Of a stretch of 64,000 nucleotides of DNA, positions 1 to 10,177 are shown piece after piece. The stretch spans positions 14,723 through 78,722 of the forward strand of contig UQTM01000002.1 in NCBI GenBank assembly GCA_900544025.1. Reading direction: 5' to 3'. The notes below the pieces were generated by a model that saw nothing but the letters and a program-made list of their open reading frames with translations, was not told the DNA's origin and searched no databases. Made by a program: the position numbers and the translations under genes. Every line of letters begins with the position of its first letter. Position 1 is the stretch's first letter. Source of the stretch: an uncultured Odoribacter sp. GTDB taxonomy: Bacteria > Bacteroidota > Bacteroidia > Bacteroidales > Marinifilaceae.

Positions 1-1
1 A

Positions 2-247
2 AAGGAATTCGGCAGTTTTTACAACTATACCTTATCCTTCTTCCCCGGACAGCAACCTATCGTAAATCATATCAAATCATTGAATGAGATTCCCGCCACC
101 TCGCCCGAATCGGATCTAATGAGTAAGGATATGAAGAAACGAGGGTTTAAATTCTTTGGTTCTACCATTTGCTATGCTCATCTACAGGCTGCCGGGTTTG
201 TGAACGATCATTTGGAGGGGTGTTTTTGTAAAGAGAAGAAAATGTAA
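2..247 (+). CDS. tag: DNA-3-methyladenine glycosylase I, 3' end only (partial, runs off the window start)
   Basis: Frame-2 translation ...GFKFFGSTICYAHLQAAGFVNDHLEGCFCKEKKM* matches the conserved C-terminus of Tag (E. coli ...GFKFVGTTICYSFMQACGLVNDHVVGCCC...). Stop TAA at 245-247. Confidence 0.8.
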   Translation, partial: KEFGSFYNYTLSFFPGQQPIVNHIKSLNEIPATSPESDLMSKDMKKRGFKFFGSTICYAHLQAAGFVNDHLEGCFCKEKKM

Positions 248-285
248 ATCTCCTTAATTTTGCCTACTTTTCGGAAGTCTTTCAT

Positions 286-293
286 TATCTTTG
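286..293 (+). promoter_or_regulatory. Bacteroidetes-type -7 promoter box (TATCTTTG, TAnnTTTG consensus) upstream of uvrA
   Basis: TATCTTTG lies 25 nt upstream of the ATG at 318. It sits inside the longer ORF-track reading frame (291), which supports the 318 start. Confidence 0.4.
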
Positions 294-317
294 CGTGAAT
301 TATTTGAACGGAGGAAT

Positions 318-3083
318 ATGAGCGAACAGAATATAGAATTGAAGGGTGTCCGGGTACACAATCTGAAAAATATAGATATAAAAATCGGATTAAATAAGCT
401 GATCGTCGTTACCGGAGTTTCGGGCAGTGGAAAATCATCGCTGGCATTCGATACGCTTTATGCAGAAGGGCAACGCAGATATGTGGAAAGCCTGTCTTCG
501 TATGCCCGTCAGTTTTTAGGCAGATTGAATAAGCCGGAATGCGATTATATTAAAGGGATTCCTCCTGCCGTCGCTATCGAGCAAAAAGTGAATACGTCCA
601 ATCCGCGTTCGACCGTCGGTACTTCTACTGAAATATACGATTACATCAAATTACTATATGCCCGTGCCGGAAAAACCATCTCTCCTATTTCCGGACGTGA
701 AGTGAAACGGGATAATGTAGATGACATTTCGCGTTTCATTTTGGAAAACAACACGGGAAAGATCGTAATTATCCTGTCCCGCCCCGATAATTTAAACGAT
801 CTGGAAGCATTAAAGCTTTTATTAAGCCAGGGATTTACCCGGATAAAAGTAGAAAACGAATTTTTACGGATAGACGATGTGATTAACCGGCAACAAGAAA
901 TCGCTGCCGGAGCGGAAGTTTATCTGGTTATCGACCGTATTTCCATAAACGAAGAGCGGGACACTGTTTCCCGTATTTCAGAATCGGTGGAAACAGCCCT
1001 TTATGAAGGAAACGGAGAATGTTTTATCGAACTCGACGGAAAGTTACATTCTTTCTCCAATCGGTTTGAGGCCGACGGTATGACCTTTGAAGTGCCTACC
1101 GTCAATACATTCAGTTTCAACTCTCCCATCGGCGCCTGCCCACAATGCGAAGGATACGGAAGAATCCTCGGAATCGACGAAGATCTGGTCGTTCCGAACA
1201 AATCGTTAAGCGTATATGAAGAAGCCGTTATGTGCTGGCGGGGTGAGAAAATGAGCGAATGGAAAAACCATTTGGTACAGAATGCCCACAAAGCCGATTT
1301 TCCGGTGCATAAGCCTTACTATGAACTGACGGACACCGAGAAAAAACTTCTGTGGAACGGATGTACGTACTTCCACGGAATTAATGACTTTTTTGCCTAT
1401 CTGGAATCGCAAAAATATAAAATACAAAACCGGGTGATGATAGCCCGCTACACCGGCAAAACGAAATGCCCTTCCTGCGGAGGCACACGATTGAAACCCG
1501 AGGCCAATTATGTAAAAATCGGTGGGAAAGCCGTTCCCGAATTGGTGGAAATGCCGATCGATGAATTGCAGGATTTTTTTAATCATCTGGAACTGACTCC
1601 TTATCAAAGTAAAGTTGCGGAACGTATTTTACCGGACATTAAAAACCGGCTTGAATTTTTGATGGAGGTCGGATTGGGCTATCTTACCCTGAACCGCCTT
1701 TCTTCATCACTTTCCGGAGGAGAATCGCAGCGAATAAACCTTGCAACTTCTTTAGGTTCCGCCCTGGTCGGTTCATTGTATATTTTAGACGAGCCGAGTA
1801 TCGGTTTACATTCCAGAGATACCGAACAATTGATCCGGGTGTTGAAAAAATTACGCGACCTCGGCAATACGGTGATCGTAGTGGAACACGACGAGGATAT
1901 CATCCGCGCTGCCGACGAAATAATCGATATCGGCCCGGAAGCAGGACGTTTAGGAGGCGAAGTGGTTTTTCAGGGAAATATGAAACAACTGGAAACAGCC
2001 GGAACATTTACCGCCGACTATATTTTTGGTAAACGAAAAATTGAAGTGCCCTCACATAGAAGACAATGGAATAAGAAGATAAGAATTAGCGGGGCAACAG
2101 AAAACAACCTGAAAAACATTACGGTGGATTTTCCTTTGGGGATTATGACCGCAGTAACGGGAGTCAGCGGCTCGGGAAAAAGTACGTTGATCAAAACAAT
2201 TTTAGTCCCTGCCCTGAAAAAACAATTCGGAGATAATACAGACCGTAGCGGTAGCTTCGACAAACTTTCAGGCGATCTGCGCGCTATCAGCGGAGTTGAA
2301 TTTATCGACCAAAATCCGATCGGTAAATCCACCCGTTCCAATCCGGTGACCTATATTAAAGCGTGGGATGATATCCGTAAAATATTTGCGGACACACAAG
2401 CCTCTAAAATGCAGGGATTTAAGCCATCTCATTTTTCTTTTAACGTTCCCGGAGGACGTTGTGAAGAGTGTCAGGGAGAAGGGATTATCAAAGTTGAAAT
2501 GCAATTTATGGCGGATGTTTTCCTGGAATGTGAGCATTGTAAGGGAAAACGCTTCAAAGAAGATGTTCTGGAAATCAAATACAAGGATAAAAATATCTAT
2601 GATATTCTGGAAATGACCGTAAACCAGGCTTTGGAATTCTTTTCAACCGGAAACGGGCACAGTGAACGCAGTATTGTCGAAAAATTGCAAAAATTAGTCG
2701 ATGTAGGTTTGGGATACGTGAAACTCGGCCAATCTTCCAGTACGTTGAGCGGTGGAGAAAGCCAGCGGGTGAAATTAGCCTACCATTTGAGCCGGGAAAA
2801 TGCCGAGCCCACCCTGTTTGTTTTCGACGAGCCGACGACCGGTTTGCATTTCCATGATATTCACAAGCTGATGTCCTCGCTCGATGCCCTGATCCGAAGA
2901 GGGCATTCGGTGTTAATCATCGAGCACAATATGGATGTAATCAAATGTGCAGATTACGTCATCGACTTAGGGCCGGAAGGAGGAAAAGAGGGCGGCAGCG
3001 TGGTATTCACCGGAACTCCGGAAGAGTTAGCGCAATGCCCGCAATCATACACGGGACGTTATTTGAAAGAAAAGCTGAATTAA
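318..3083 (+). CDS. uvrA: Excinuclease ABC subunit A (UvrA)
   Basis: [61 protein letters not shown] has two ABC ATPase modules (second [10 protein letters not shown]), zinc-finger Cys pairs and LSGGESQR signatures. Start moved from 291 to the internal ATG at 318. Confidence 0.95.
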   Translation: MSEQNIELKGVRVHNLKNIDIKIGLNKLIVVTGVSGSGKSSLAFDTLYAEGQRRYVESLSSYARQFLGRLNKPECDYIKGIPPAVAIEQKVNTSNPRSTVGTSTEIYDYIKLLYARAGKTISPISGREVKRDNVDDISRFILENNTGKIVIILSRPDNLNDLEALKLLLSQGFTRIKVENEFLRIDDVINRQQEIAAGAEVYLVIDRISINEERDTVSRISESVETALYEGNGECFIELDGKLHSFSNRFEADGMTFEVPTVNTFSFNSPIGACPQCEGYGRILGIDEDLVVPNKSLSVYEEAVMCWRGEKMSEWKNHLVQNAHKADFPVHKPYYELTDTEKKLLWNGCTYFHGINDFFAYLESQKYKIQNRVMIARYTGKTKCPSCGGTRLKPEANYVKIGGKAVPELVEMPIDELQDFFNHLELTPYQSKVAERILPDIKNRLEFLMEVGLGYLTLNRLSSSLSGGESQRINLATSLGSALVGSLYILDEPSIGLHSRDTEQLIRVLKKLRDLGNTVIVVEHDEDIIRAADEIIDIGPEAGRLGGEVVFQGNMKQLETAGTFTADYIFGKRKIEVPSHRRQWNKKIRISGATENNLKNITVDFPLGIMTAVTGVSGSGKSTLIKTILVPALKKQFGDNTDRSGSFDKLSGDLRAISGVEFIDQNPIGKSTRSNPVTYIKAWDDIRKIFADTQASKMQGFKPSHFSFNVPGGRCEECQGEGIIKVEMQFMADVFLECEHCKGKRFKEDVLEIKYKDKNIYDILEMTVNQALEFFSTGNGHSERSIVEKLQKLVDVGLGYVKLGQSSSTLSGGESQRVKLAYHLSRENAEPTLFVFDEPTTGLHFHDIHKLMSSLDALIRRGHSVLIIEHNMDVIKCADYVIDLGPEGGKEGGSVVFTGTPEELAQCPQSYTGRYLKEKLN

Positions 3084-3110
3084 TTATAAATTGCGTGCAT
3101 ATAAATACGA

Positions 3111-3872
3111 ATGAAGAAAATTCTTGATCTTACCGTAAAGGAAAACCGAAAGCTTAATGAAGATAACTTCTTATTGGTTCTCCATTCTCCTGAATTACCC
3201 GAAATCCGGGCGGGACAGTTCGTTAATGTAAAAATAGAGGATTCTCCTTCCACTTTTTTACGCCGCCCGATCTCCGTACACGATGTGAATGCGAAAGAAG
3301 GGTTGCTTTATCTGTTGGTGAAGATAGCGGGACAGGGAACCGCCAAATTATCCACCATACGACCGGGAGAAAAGTTGAATGTTATATTACCATTGGGTAA
3401 TTGGTTCACGCAACCTCAGAAAGGCAGATGTTTACTGGTGGGTGGCGGAGTTGGAATAGCTCCACTGCTTCATTTATCCAGGGAATTACAGGCCAAAGGC
3501 TTATCTCCTGTCGTGCTGATCGGAACCCGTAGTTCAAAAGATATCGTACTGCAAAAAGAATTTGAAAAATATGCGACAGTACACTACACAACCGAAGACG
3601 GAAGCTACGGAGAGAAAGGTTATCCGACACAACATTCCATACTGGACACAACGTTCGACTATATTTTTTGTTGTGGCCCGGAGCCTATGATGAAAGCAGT
3701 TGCAAGGTATGCTTATTCTAAAAATATTGATTGTGAAGTATCTTTGGAAAATATGATGGCATGTGGCATCGGAGCTTGTCTTTGTTGTGTAAACGATACG
3801 AAAGAAGGGCATAAATGTGTATGTACGGATGGACCGGTATTTAATATAAATGATTTGAAATGGCAGATTTAA
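3111..3872 (+). CDS. pyrK: Dihydroorotate dehydrogenase electron-transfer subunit (PyrK; FAD/NAD-binding, 2Fe-2S)
   Basis: Ferredoxin-reductase-like fold with GGGVGIAPL and a C-terminal Cys cluster (CGIGACLCC). It directly precedes pyrD with a 13 bp overlap. Confidence 0.85.
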   Translation: MKKILDLTVKENRKLNEDNFLLVLHSPELPEIRAGQFVNVKIEDSPSTFLRRPISVHDVNAKEGLLYLLVKIAGQGTAKLSTIRPGEKLNVILPLGNWFTQPQKGRCLLVGGGVGIAPLLHLSRELQAKGLSPVVLIGTRSSKDIVLQKEFEKYATVHYTTEDGSYGEKGYPTQHSILDTTFDYIFCCGPEPMMKAVARYAYSKNIDCEVSLENMMACGIGACLCCVNDTKEGHKCVCTDGPVFNINDLKWQI

Positions 3873-4765
3873 ATGTAAATATTAACGGGCTGGATTTAAA
3901 AAATCCGGTACTTACCGCCTCTGGCACTTTTGGTTACGGTACGGAATTTCAAGATTTCATCCAATTGGAACAATTAGGAGGATTTATTGTAAAAGGCACT
4001 ACCCTGAACCACCGGGAAGGTAATCCTTATCCCCGTATGGCGGAAACTCCTTCCGGCATGCTGAATGCCGTAGGGTTGCAAAATAAAGGAGTCGATTACT
4101 TTATCGAGCATATTTATCCGGAAATCAAAGATATACCGACCAATATACTGGTAAATGTTTCAGGTTCTACCATTCCCGACTACGTGGCAACAGCCGAAAA
4201 AATCAATGCATTGGAAAACATTCCGGGAATCGAATTGAATATCTCTTGTCCCAATGTAAAAGAAGGCGGAATGGCTTTCGGCACCAGTTGTCACTCTGCC
4301 GCTGAAGTGGTTAAAGCCGTCCGGCAGGTTTACCGGAAACATTTAATGGTAAAACTATCTCCCAATGTCACCGACATTCAGGAGATTGCCTTGGCGGCGG
4401 AAACGGAAGGAGCCGATTCCGTTTCCCTGATCAATACTATTTTGGGGATGGCAATCGATGCCCGAAAGCGCCGCCCGCTATTGAGCACGATTACCGGAGG
4501 ACTCAGCGGGGCTTGTGTAAAACCCATCGCCCTCCGGATGGTATGGCAGGTTGCCAAAGCCGTTCACATTCCTGTCGTCGGGTTAGGCGGAATTATGAAT
4601 GCCACCGATGCAATCGAATTTATACTGGCAGGAGCTTCGGCCATACAGATAGGAACGGCCAACTTTATCGATCCGGCAGTCACCGTCAAGGTAATTGAAG
4701 GGATTAATGCTTATCTGGATGAAAATGGATTTAAATCCGTAAAAGAAATTGTCGGATTGATATAA
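3860..4765 (+). CDS. pyrD: Dihydroorotate dehydrogenase catalytic subunit (class 1B PyrD)
   Basis: [27 protein letters not shown] is the canonical class 1 DHODH N-terminus; TIM-barrel flavoprotein motifs ([16 protein letters not shown]). Confidence 0.9.
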   Translation: MADLNVNINGLDLKNPVLTASGTFGYGTEFQDFIQLEQLGGFIVKGTTLNHREGNPYPRMAETPSGMLNAVGLQNKGVDYFIEHIYPEIKDIPTNILVNVSGSTIPDYVATAEKINALENIPGIELNISCPNVKEGGMAFGTSCHSAAEVVKAVRQVYRKHLMVKLSPNVTDIQEIALAAETEGADSVSLINTILGMAIDARKRRPLLSTITGGLSGACVKPIALRMVWQVAKAVHIPVVGLGGIMNATDAIEFILAGASAIQIGTANFIDPAVTVKVIEGINAYLDENGFKSVKEIVGLI

Positions 4766-4795
4766 TACCGATATTCCGGAAAACTTATTTTTTAT

Positions 4796-5242
4796 TTACA
4801 ACTCTTTGGAGTAATCCTCAAAACTCCCGTCACTGAAAAACAATATAATCCTCTTGATTTTTTTAGTGACGGGAGCTTGTATTAAAGCCTCGGCCACTTC
4901 TGCCTCTATTGCAGGAGCCGGTTTTACGGACGATTGAGAGTTGTCGGCCGCTTTTTCTTGTTTTTCAGTCCCTGTTGTTTCAAATAAAGATTTTTGTACA
5001 GCAACCTCGGTTTGCTTTTCTTTATCCGGTGTAATATTGAATAATTCTCCCTTACCGGAAATCAACCAGTTTAGGTTTACATCGGGAAATGCCTGTGCTA
5101 TTTTATCCAGCACATCAAATCCCGGCTTACTACGACCGTTTAAGATATGCGACATTGCAGAAGCATTCACCTTAATAAGGGCGGCGAACTTTGTCGCTGT
5201 CAATCCTTTTTCCTCTAATAGCTGCTTAAATCTTTCTTGCAT
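4796..5242 (-). CDS. XRE-family helix-turn-helix transcriptional regulator (HTH N-domain plus C-terminal extension), 148 aa
   Basis: N-terminal LTATKFAALIKVNASAMSHILNGRSKPGFDVLDKIAQAF is a Cro/C1-type HTH. Palindromic candidate operators lie immediately upstream (see 5258-5306). Confidence 0.75.
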   Translation of the reverse strand: MQERFKQLLEEKGLTATKFAALIKVNASAMSHILNGRSKPGFDVLDKIAQAFPDVNLNWLISGKGELFNITPDKEKQTEVAVQKSLFETTGTEKQEKAADNSQSSVKPAPAIEAEVAEALIQAPVTKKIKRIILFFSDGSFEDYSKEL

Positions 5243-5257
5243 ATTGTAATAAATATC

Positions 5258-5271
5258 ATTACAAATGTAAT
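5258..5271. promoter_or_regulatory. 14 bp perfect palindrome ATTACAAATGTAAT (candidate operator, copy 1), 16 bp upstream of the XRE regulator start codon
   Basis: Read directly from the sequence. Core is TTACA-N2-TGTAA. Confidence 0.5.
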
Positions 5272-5292
5272 TAGAATCTTTTAATTTACAAA

Positions 5293-5306
5293 ATTACATT
5301 TGTAAC
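5293..5306. promoter_or_regulatory. Palindrome ATTACATTTGTAAC (candidate operator, copy 2)
   Basis: Reverse complement of copy 1, 35 bp away. Confidence 0.5.
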
Positions 5307-5725
5307 GGTCGCACTTTACTTCTGTAAATCGATTAAATGTGTTAGTTGTATATAAATAGCTAATGTTTTGATTTTTAATTTTTTACTATATGTAGAAAAC
5401 GAATAAAGCATATAAATACTTGACAACAAGCAGTATAGTGTATTTCAAGAAATAGAATCCACCTCATTTTTAAATGAAGTAAAACATGAATAAATATATT
5501 GTATATAACTGATAATTCAACACATATAAAAAATTATAATATTAAAAATCCCCATTTTTCCGCTTTAATCATCCAGAGTCGCTTATCGATCTTGAATTAA
5601 AATATTACAAAATGGCATTTTAATCATTGGTTATTAGTATATTATATATACGAAAAATAATTATGCATATTTTGTGCATAACTCTTATTGACATCTGTAA
5701 AAACGTCTTTCTATCTTGGTTTCAT

Positions 5726-5739
5726 ATTACATTTGTAAT
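5726..5739. promoter_or_regulatory. Palindrome ATTACATTTGTAAT (candidate operator, copy 3)
   Basis: Exact inverted copy of 5258-5271, about 455 bp away and on the aminopeptidase side of the intergenic region. Confidence 0.45.
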
Positions 5740-5775
5740 TAAACAGCCCTCCCTACCCTTTTTATTTCTGTAAAG

Positions 5776-5787
5776 TTACAGTTGTAA
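5776..5787. promoter_or_regulatory. Degenerate palindrome TTACAGTTGTAA (copy 4, one mismatch); a further half-site-rich TTACATTTGA lies at 5878-5887
   Basis: Read directly from the sequence. Confidence 0.35.
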
Positions 5788-5909
5788 CACGAGAACATAT
5801 ACGCTGATTTCTTATACATCTGTTACGGCGTTTTTAGTGTCGTGCTCTTTCCCTTTTGTAATATCACTTAATTCTTATTACATTTGATGAAATTTAAAAA
5901 ATTCCGTTT

Positions 5910-7688
5910 ATGACGATAAATGAAAAACTTTCCGCTCTCCGAGAGATTATGGAGAGAGAATGTATAGACGCCTATATAATATCGGGAACAGATCCCCACA
6001 ATAGTGAATACCTTCCGGCAGCCTGGCAGCAACGGGAATGGATATCCGGTTTTACCGGCTCTTTCGGAACAGTAGTCGTTACCCTCGGAGAGGCCGGGTT
6101 ATGGACAGATTCCCGTTATTTTATCCAGGCAGAAAAGCAGCTGGAAGGCAGCGGTATCCGGATGCATAAGCTAAGGGTTCCGGATGCCGTGGATTACCCG
6201 GAATGGCTGGCTCAAACTTTAACTCCGGATAGCAGGGTCGGCTTAGACAGCTTTTGTACTTCTGTCAATGCAATGAAACAGTTGCAAAGCACACTAAATC
6301 CGAAGGGTATCAAAGTTGTGGAAAAGACAGATTTGTTGGGAGAAATATGGCTGGATCGTCCCGCTTTGCCTGAAACTCCGGTATTTCCCGTAAAGACGGA
6401 AGTTGCCGGAAAATCGGTTAAAGAAAAACTTCAAAAGATACGGGATTACCTTGCAGAAAATGAATTGGATTACTATTTATTCAGTGCATTGGATGAAATA
6501 GCTTGGCTGTATAATATCAGATGTAAAGATATTCCTTATAATCCGGTTGCGATCAGCTATGCCATTGTGGGGCGAGAACACTCCTATTGGTTTGTGAAAC
6601 AAAGGAAAGTGTCGCAGGAAATAGTTTCTCTTTTAAAAAATGAAGGAATCGAAATCAGGGATTACCACCATTTATTCCTGTTTTTGGAAGAGCTTCCCCA
6701 AACAGCCCGTTTCTCTGTGGATACCAATACATTAAATTTTGCCGTATATCATAAAATTGCTTCAAAGTTTCCGGTTACCGAAAAAGAATCTCCCGTAATT
6801 TTAGCCAAGGCCGTCAAAAATGCGATTGAAATTGCAGGAATCCGCGAGGCGTGCATCAAAGATAGTGTTGCCCTGACTAAATTCTTTTATTGGATGGAAA
6901 GTAATATCGACAACCATTTGACTGAAACAAGCGTATCCGATAAATTGACAGCTCTCCGAGCCGAAAACGAAGGCTACATCTCGGACAGTTTCGGCAATAT
7001 TTCTGCTTATGGGAAAAACGCAGCCCTTCCACATTATTCTGCTGTACGGGGAAAAGATGCGGAATTGCAAGCCCGGGGCTTGTATCTGGTAGATTCAGGT
7101 GGCCAATATACCCACGGAACGACCGATATTACCCGCACAATCCCTTTAGGAGAATTAACCGACCAGGAAAAGGAAGATTATACTTTAGTTTTACAGGGGA
7201 TGATCGATTTGAGTCTTTGCCGCTTTCCTAAAGGAACAAGCGGTTGTAATATAGATATTATTGCCCGGCAACCTTTGTGGCAAAGATTAAAGAATTTCGG
7301 ACATGGCACAGGTCACGGAATCGGCTTTTTCCTGAATGTACATGAAGGGCCGCAGGCTATTCGCCAGGATTTAAAACAGCAACCGATTCTTCCCGGAATG
7401 CTGACTTCCGACGAGCCGGGACTTTACCGGGAGGGTTTCTATGGTATCCGGCACGAAAATATGATCCTTTGTGTGCCTATCGAGAAAAATGAATTTGGGG
7501 AATGGCTTGGATTTGAAACATTAACACTTTGTTATTTCGATACTTCTGCCCTGCTTATTGAACTCTTAAGTGAAGAGCAGAAAAATTGGCTGAATGATTA
7601 TCATCGCAAGGTATATGAAAAAACTGCACCTTTTCTATCGCCCGAAGAAAAGCAATGGCTGTTCGAAAAAACAAAGCCTGTCCAATAA
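5910..7688 (+). CDS. Xaa-Pro aminopeptidase (aminopeptidase P family, M24B)
   Basis: N-terminal creatinase/prolidase N-domain (LSALREIMERECIDAYIISGTDPHNSEY), C-terminal pita-bread metal ligands (HGTGHGIGFFLNVHEGP) and an ~590 aa length typical of the long AMP_N-containing APP form. Confidence 0.85.
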   Translation: MTINEKLSALREIMERECIDAYIISGTDPHNSEYLPAAWQQREWISGFTGSFGTVVVTLGEAGLWTDSRYFIQAEKQLEGSGIRMHKLRVPDAVDYPEWLAQTLTPDSRVGLDSFCTSVNAMKQLQSTLNPKGIKVVEKTDLLGEIWLDRPALPETPVFPVKTEVAGKSVKEKLQKIRDYLAENELDYYLFSALDEIAWLYNIRCKDIPYNPVAISYAIVGREHSYWFVKQRKVSQEIVSLLKNEGIEIRDYHHLFLFLEELPQTARFSVDTNTLNFAVYHKIASKFPVTEKESPVILAKAVKNAIEIAGIREACIKDSVALTKFFYWMESNIDNHLTETSVSDKLTALRAENEGYISDSFGNISAYGKNAALPHYSAVRGKDAELQARGLYLVDSGGQYTHGTTDITRTIPLGELTDQEKEDYTLVLQGMIDLSLCRFPKGTSGCNIDIIARQPLWQRLKNFGHGTGHGIGFFLNVHEGPQAIRQDLKQQPILPGMLTSDEPGLYREGFYGIRHENMILCVPIEKNEFGEWLGFETLTLCYFDTSALLIELLSEEQKNWLNDYHRKVYEKTAPFLSPEEKQWLFEKTKPVQ

Positions 7689-7693
7689 TATTT

Positions 7694-7739
7694 TAGCTAT
7701 GGCAGAAATAATAAGCATTCTGCCATAGCTATTTTTTTT
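7694..7739 (+). terminator. Rho-independent terminator after the aminopeptidase P gene
   Basis: Stem TAGCTATGGCAGA / TCTGCCATAGCT with a 12 nt loop, followed by ATTTTTTTTG. Confidence 0.7.
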
Positions 7740-7819
7740 GTGTGGAAAAATCTCCCCTTTATTTTTGTCCTTTCAACGCAACCTTTCACTTTCTTTTTGC
7801 ATCCTTATATCGAAAGTCA

Positions 7820-8353
7820 ATGTGTAAATTGGATCAGATCATCGATAAATGTAAAAATGGCGACCATCGCGCTGCTGAACAACTTTATAAGATGTTTTCA
7901 GCAAAGATGTTTGCCGTATGCATCCAATTTTCAAAAGACCGGGCGGAAGCAGAAGATAATTTGCAGGACGGATTTATCAAGATTTTCCAATCTCTTGGCC
8001 AATATACGGGAAAAGGTTCCTTTGAAGGCTGGATGAAGCGGATTTTTATAAATACTGCTTTGGAAAAATTCCGGAAAAATCGTCCATTGCAATTAGTTGA
8101 AGAGTTTCCCGATACCGAAACAGAAGATATTGAAGAAAACGTGATGATTCCGGAAGAAGTTCTGACAGGATTTGTAGATCAGTTACCGGAAAAATATCGT
8201 CTGGTTTTCAGCCTGTATGTGGCCGAAGATATGTCTCATAAAGAAATTGCGGCATTGGCAGGAATTACGGAAGGAACTTCAAAGTCGAATCTGGCAAGGG
8301 CAAGGGAGATATTAAAAAGAAAAGTAAAGGAGTATTTAAAACATGAGCAATAA
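7820..8353 (+). CDS. RNA polymerase ECF-type sigma-70 factor
   Basis: Sigma-70 region 2 (AEDNLQDGFIKIFQSL..FEGWMKRIFINTALEKFRK) and region 4 HTH (MSHKEIAALAGITEGTSKSNLARAREILKRK). Start placed at the internal ATG 7820 (MCKLDQIIDK..), giving the typical ~177 aa. Confidence 0.85.
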   Translation: MCKLDQIIDKCKNGDHRAAEQLYKMFSAKMFAVCIQFSKDRAEAEDNLQDGFIKIFQSLGQYTGKGSFEGWMKRIFINTALEKFRKNRPLQLVEEFPDTETEDIEENVMIPEEVLTGFVDQLPEKYRLVFSLYVAEDMSHKEIAALAGITEGTSKSNLARAREILKRKVKEYLKHEQ

Positions 8354-9662
8354 CTTAGATCGTCTCTTTAAAAATGCGCTGCGGGACAGAAATTGCGAGC
8401 CTCCTCCCTATATATGGGAAAACATAGAGGCAAGCCTGTACCCTCGCCGCCGGAAACATATCTTCTGGTGGATACGCAGTGCTGCGGCCGTTGCTTTGCT
8501 GGCTGCGGCCGTATGGCTCTTACAGCTCCGTGATAAAGAAACGCAAGAAATACAATGGGTGAAGATATCGCCTCCCGATGTCGAGCAGCTCACTATTCCG
8601 GATACGCCTGTTTTACCGATTACCGAAAATGTGGTAAAACAAGAACAATCAACCGGGCAACCGGTTGCCTCTGCTCCTTCCGGTTTCAGAAATCCCATTC
8701 CGGTTACTGCGATCCATTCGGAGCAGATCGATTCTAAAATAGAAACGGCTCCGGTACAGTTGTCCTTAAAAGTTCCCTCCGTTCGCCACGGCATTATTCC
8801 TTTGGTGAACGGACAAGCCCTGAAAAACAGCGCGGCCTATCAGGCGCTGTTAAAAGCAGAGGCACAGAGCCCGGGAACAGAAGAGGAAGCAAAGGAAGAA
8901 AAAGAAAAACACTCAAGAAATCTGAAACTCGCTTTAAGCGGGCATGTTGCCCCTGTATATACTTCCGGAACTTATCACACCACTGCGACCAATGCCAGAG
9001 GCTATCAGTATTCGAACAGCCAGATAAGCGGCAAAATGAATGTAAGCGGCGGTTTGAAATTTTCCATTGCTGCCGATAAAAAATTATCTGTCCAGACCGG
9101 TCTTTTTTATAGCCGTATGGGACAGCACACCGACGAAAGAATATCGTCACACCCTCAGACGATGGCTTTTGCATCCACAGCTTCCCAGGAAACTTACGAC
9201 TATATCGTTACCCCGCTGGGAAATCTGAAAAGCCGTACCAAAGCCGTCGCCTACCGGAGCGAAGAAGCTGTATTGCTAAACAATAATAACAACAGCCGTA
9301 CCTCCGATATCGAACAGGTATTCAATACGATAGAAGTTCCGATTGCTTTGCGTTACCGTTTTTTCGACCAAAAAGTAAGATTGTCGGTAGCCGGTGGATT
9401 CAGCGGCAATATTGTGGTCGATAACAAAGCATATCTAATCAAAGGGGACGAAAAAGAATATATCGGCAGTACAGAGGATATCCGCCGCTTTAATTTAAGT
9501 ACCGATTTAGGTATCGGTGTTGAATACCCGATTACCAAGGGGATTAAAATCATGTTAGAGCCGGGCTTCAAATATTATTTACAATCTCTTAGCCGGAATT
9601 CTCAAATCGACTTTAAACCTTATATGTTTTCTTTATCGACAGGTATAGGCATCGAATTTTAA
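8343..9662 (+). CDS. Putative anti-sigma factor fused to a C-terminal outer-membrane beta-barrel-like domain
   Basis: Overlaps the sigma gene by 11 nt. The short cytoplasmic N-terminus (..EPPPYIWENIEASL..) resembles Bacteroidetes anti-sigma N-termini. A single TM (WWIRSAAAVALLAAAVWLL) is followed by a Pro/Gln-rich linker, and the C-terminal ~230 aa has alternating-residue beta-strand character and ends in ...GIGIEF (C-terminal Phe as in OMP barrels). Confidence 0.6.
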   Translation: MSNNLDRLFKNALRDRNCEPPPYIWENIEASLYPRRRKHIFWWIRSAAAVALLAAAVWLLQLRDKETQEIQWVKISPPDVEQLTIPDTPVLPITENVVKQEQSTGQPVASAPSGFRNPIPVTAIHSEQIDSKIETAPVQLSLKVPSVRHGIIPLVNGQALKNSAAYQALLKAEAQSPGTEEEAKEEKEKHSRNLKLALSGHVAPVYTSGTYHTTATNARGYQYSNSQISGKMNVSGGLKFSIAADKKLSVQTGLFYSRMGQHTDERISSHPQTMAFASTASQETYDYIVTPLGNLKSRTKAVAYRSEEAVLLNNNNNSRTSDIEQVFNTIEVPIALRYRFFDQKVRLSVAGGFSGNIVVDNKAYLIKGDEKEYIGSTEDIRRFNLSTDLGIGVEYPITKGIKIMLEPGFKYYLQSLSRNSQIDFKPYMFSLSTGIGIEF

Positions 9663-10040
9663 TCAATATTCGGGACGCCGTAAAATTTCGCTGCCGATAA
9701 TAGCCTGCCGGAGATTAAAGTGCCTTAACTCTTCGTTTTCCGATTCGGTATTCTCCTCCGGCACGGAAATAAATAAGGGCTGTTCTTCTGTTTCTTTATA
9801 GCTGTCTCCCGGCATAGACATTTCTTCCCTATTTTCTTGTGTCGAAGATTTGATCGCTATATCGGGATCGTTAAACCATTCAACCGTTTCTTCCCTCTCC
9901 ATTTCCGGTACGTATTCCCGGGGAATGTCCACAGGACTGTGAGAAGTTTTTTTCGTTCCCGATTTAATCATCCCGATGATTCCTGCAACGACAACGACCA
10001 ATAAAGAAATCCAATCGAAATCAGCTTTTACAATACCCAT
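9663..10040 (-). CDS. Hypothetical small membrane-anchored acidic protein (125 aa)
   Basis: N-terminal TM (WISLLVVVVAGIIGMI) followed by a highly acidic Glu-rich tail. Its stop codon abuts the stop of the convergent anti-sigma gene with zero spacer. Confidence 0.5.
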   Translation of the reverse strand: MGIVKADFDWISLLVVVVAGIIGMIKSGTKKTSHSPVDIPREYVPEMEREETVEWFNDPDIAIKSSTQENREEMSMPGDSYKETEEQPLFISVPEENTESENEELRHFNLRQAIIGSEILRRPEY

Positions 10041-10177
10041 ATTTTACTATCTTTGTGGCGAAGATTGTGCAACCGGGGAACGGAAACCAATTTTAATTGG
10101 TCATACCGAGGAGTGCCTATCTAAGCCGGGTTTTATCTATGGCAAATATACCGATCACATTTACCTGATTACTACAT

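Noticed and set aside
291-317. N-terminal extension MRELFERRN on uvrA from the ORF track
   Set aside because: A promoter-like TATCTTTG box lies inside it, and UvrA homologues begin near [10 protein letters not shown]. The internal ATG at 318 is the more plausible start.
1001-2616. Several 60-133 aa ORFs on the opposite strand or in alternate frames inside uvrA (1001-1291, 1206-1607, 1679-1903, 2018-2341, 2268-2537, 2368-2616)
   Set aside because: They are entirely embedded in a confidently identified long CDS, with no independent signals. They are typical shadow ORFs.
2945-3127. Arg-rich 60 aa ORF overlapping the uvrA 3' end
   Set aside because: It is an alternate-frame shadow of uvrA with low-complexity basic composition. 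It is not supported.
5258-5739. Invertible-promoter (phase-variation) interpretation of the 14 bp inverted repeats bracketing about 455 bp
   Set aside because: There is no serine or tyrosine recombinase gene anywhere in the window, and each repeat is itself a perfect palindrome, which favours a dimeric regulator binding site. The idea is kept only as an alternative hypothesis inside the finding.
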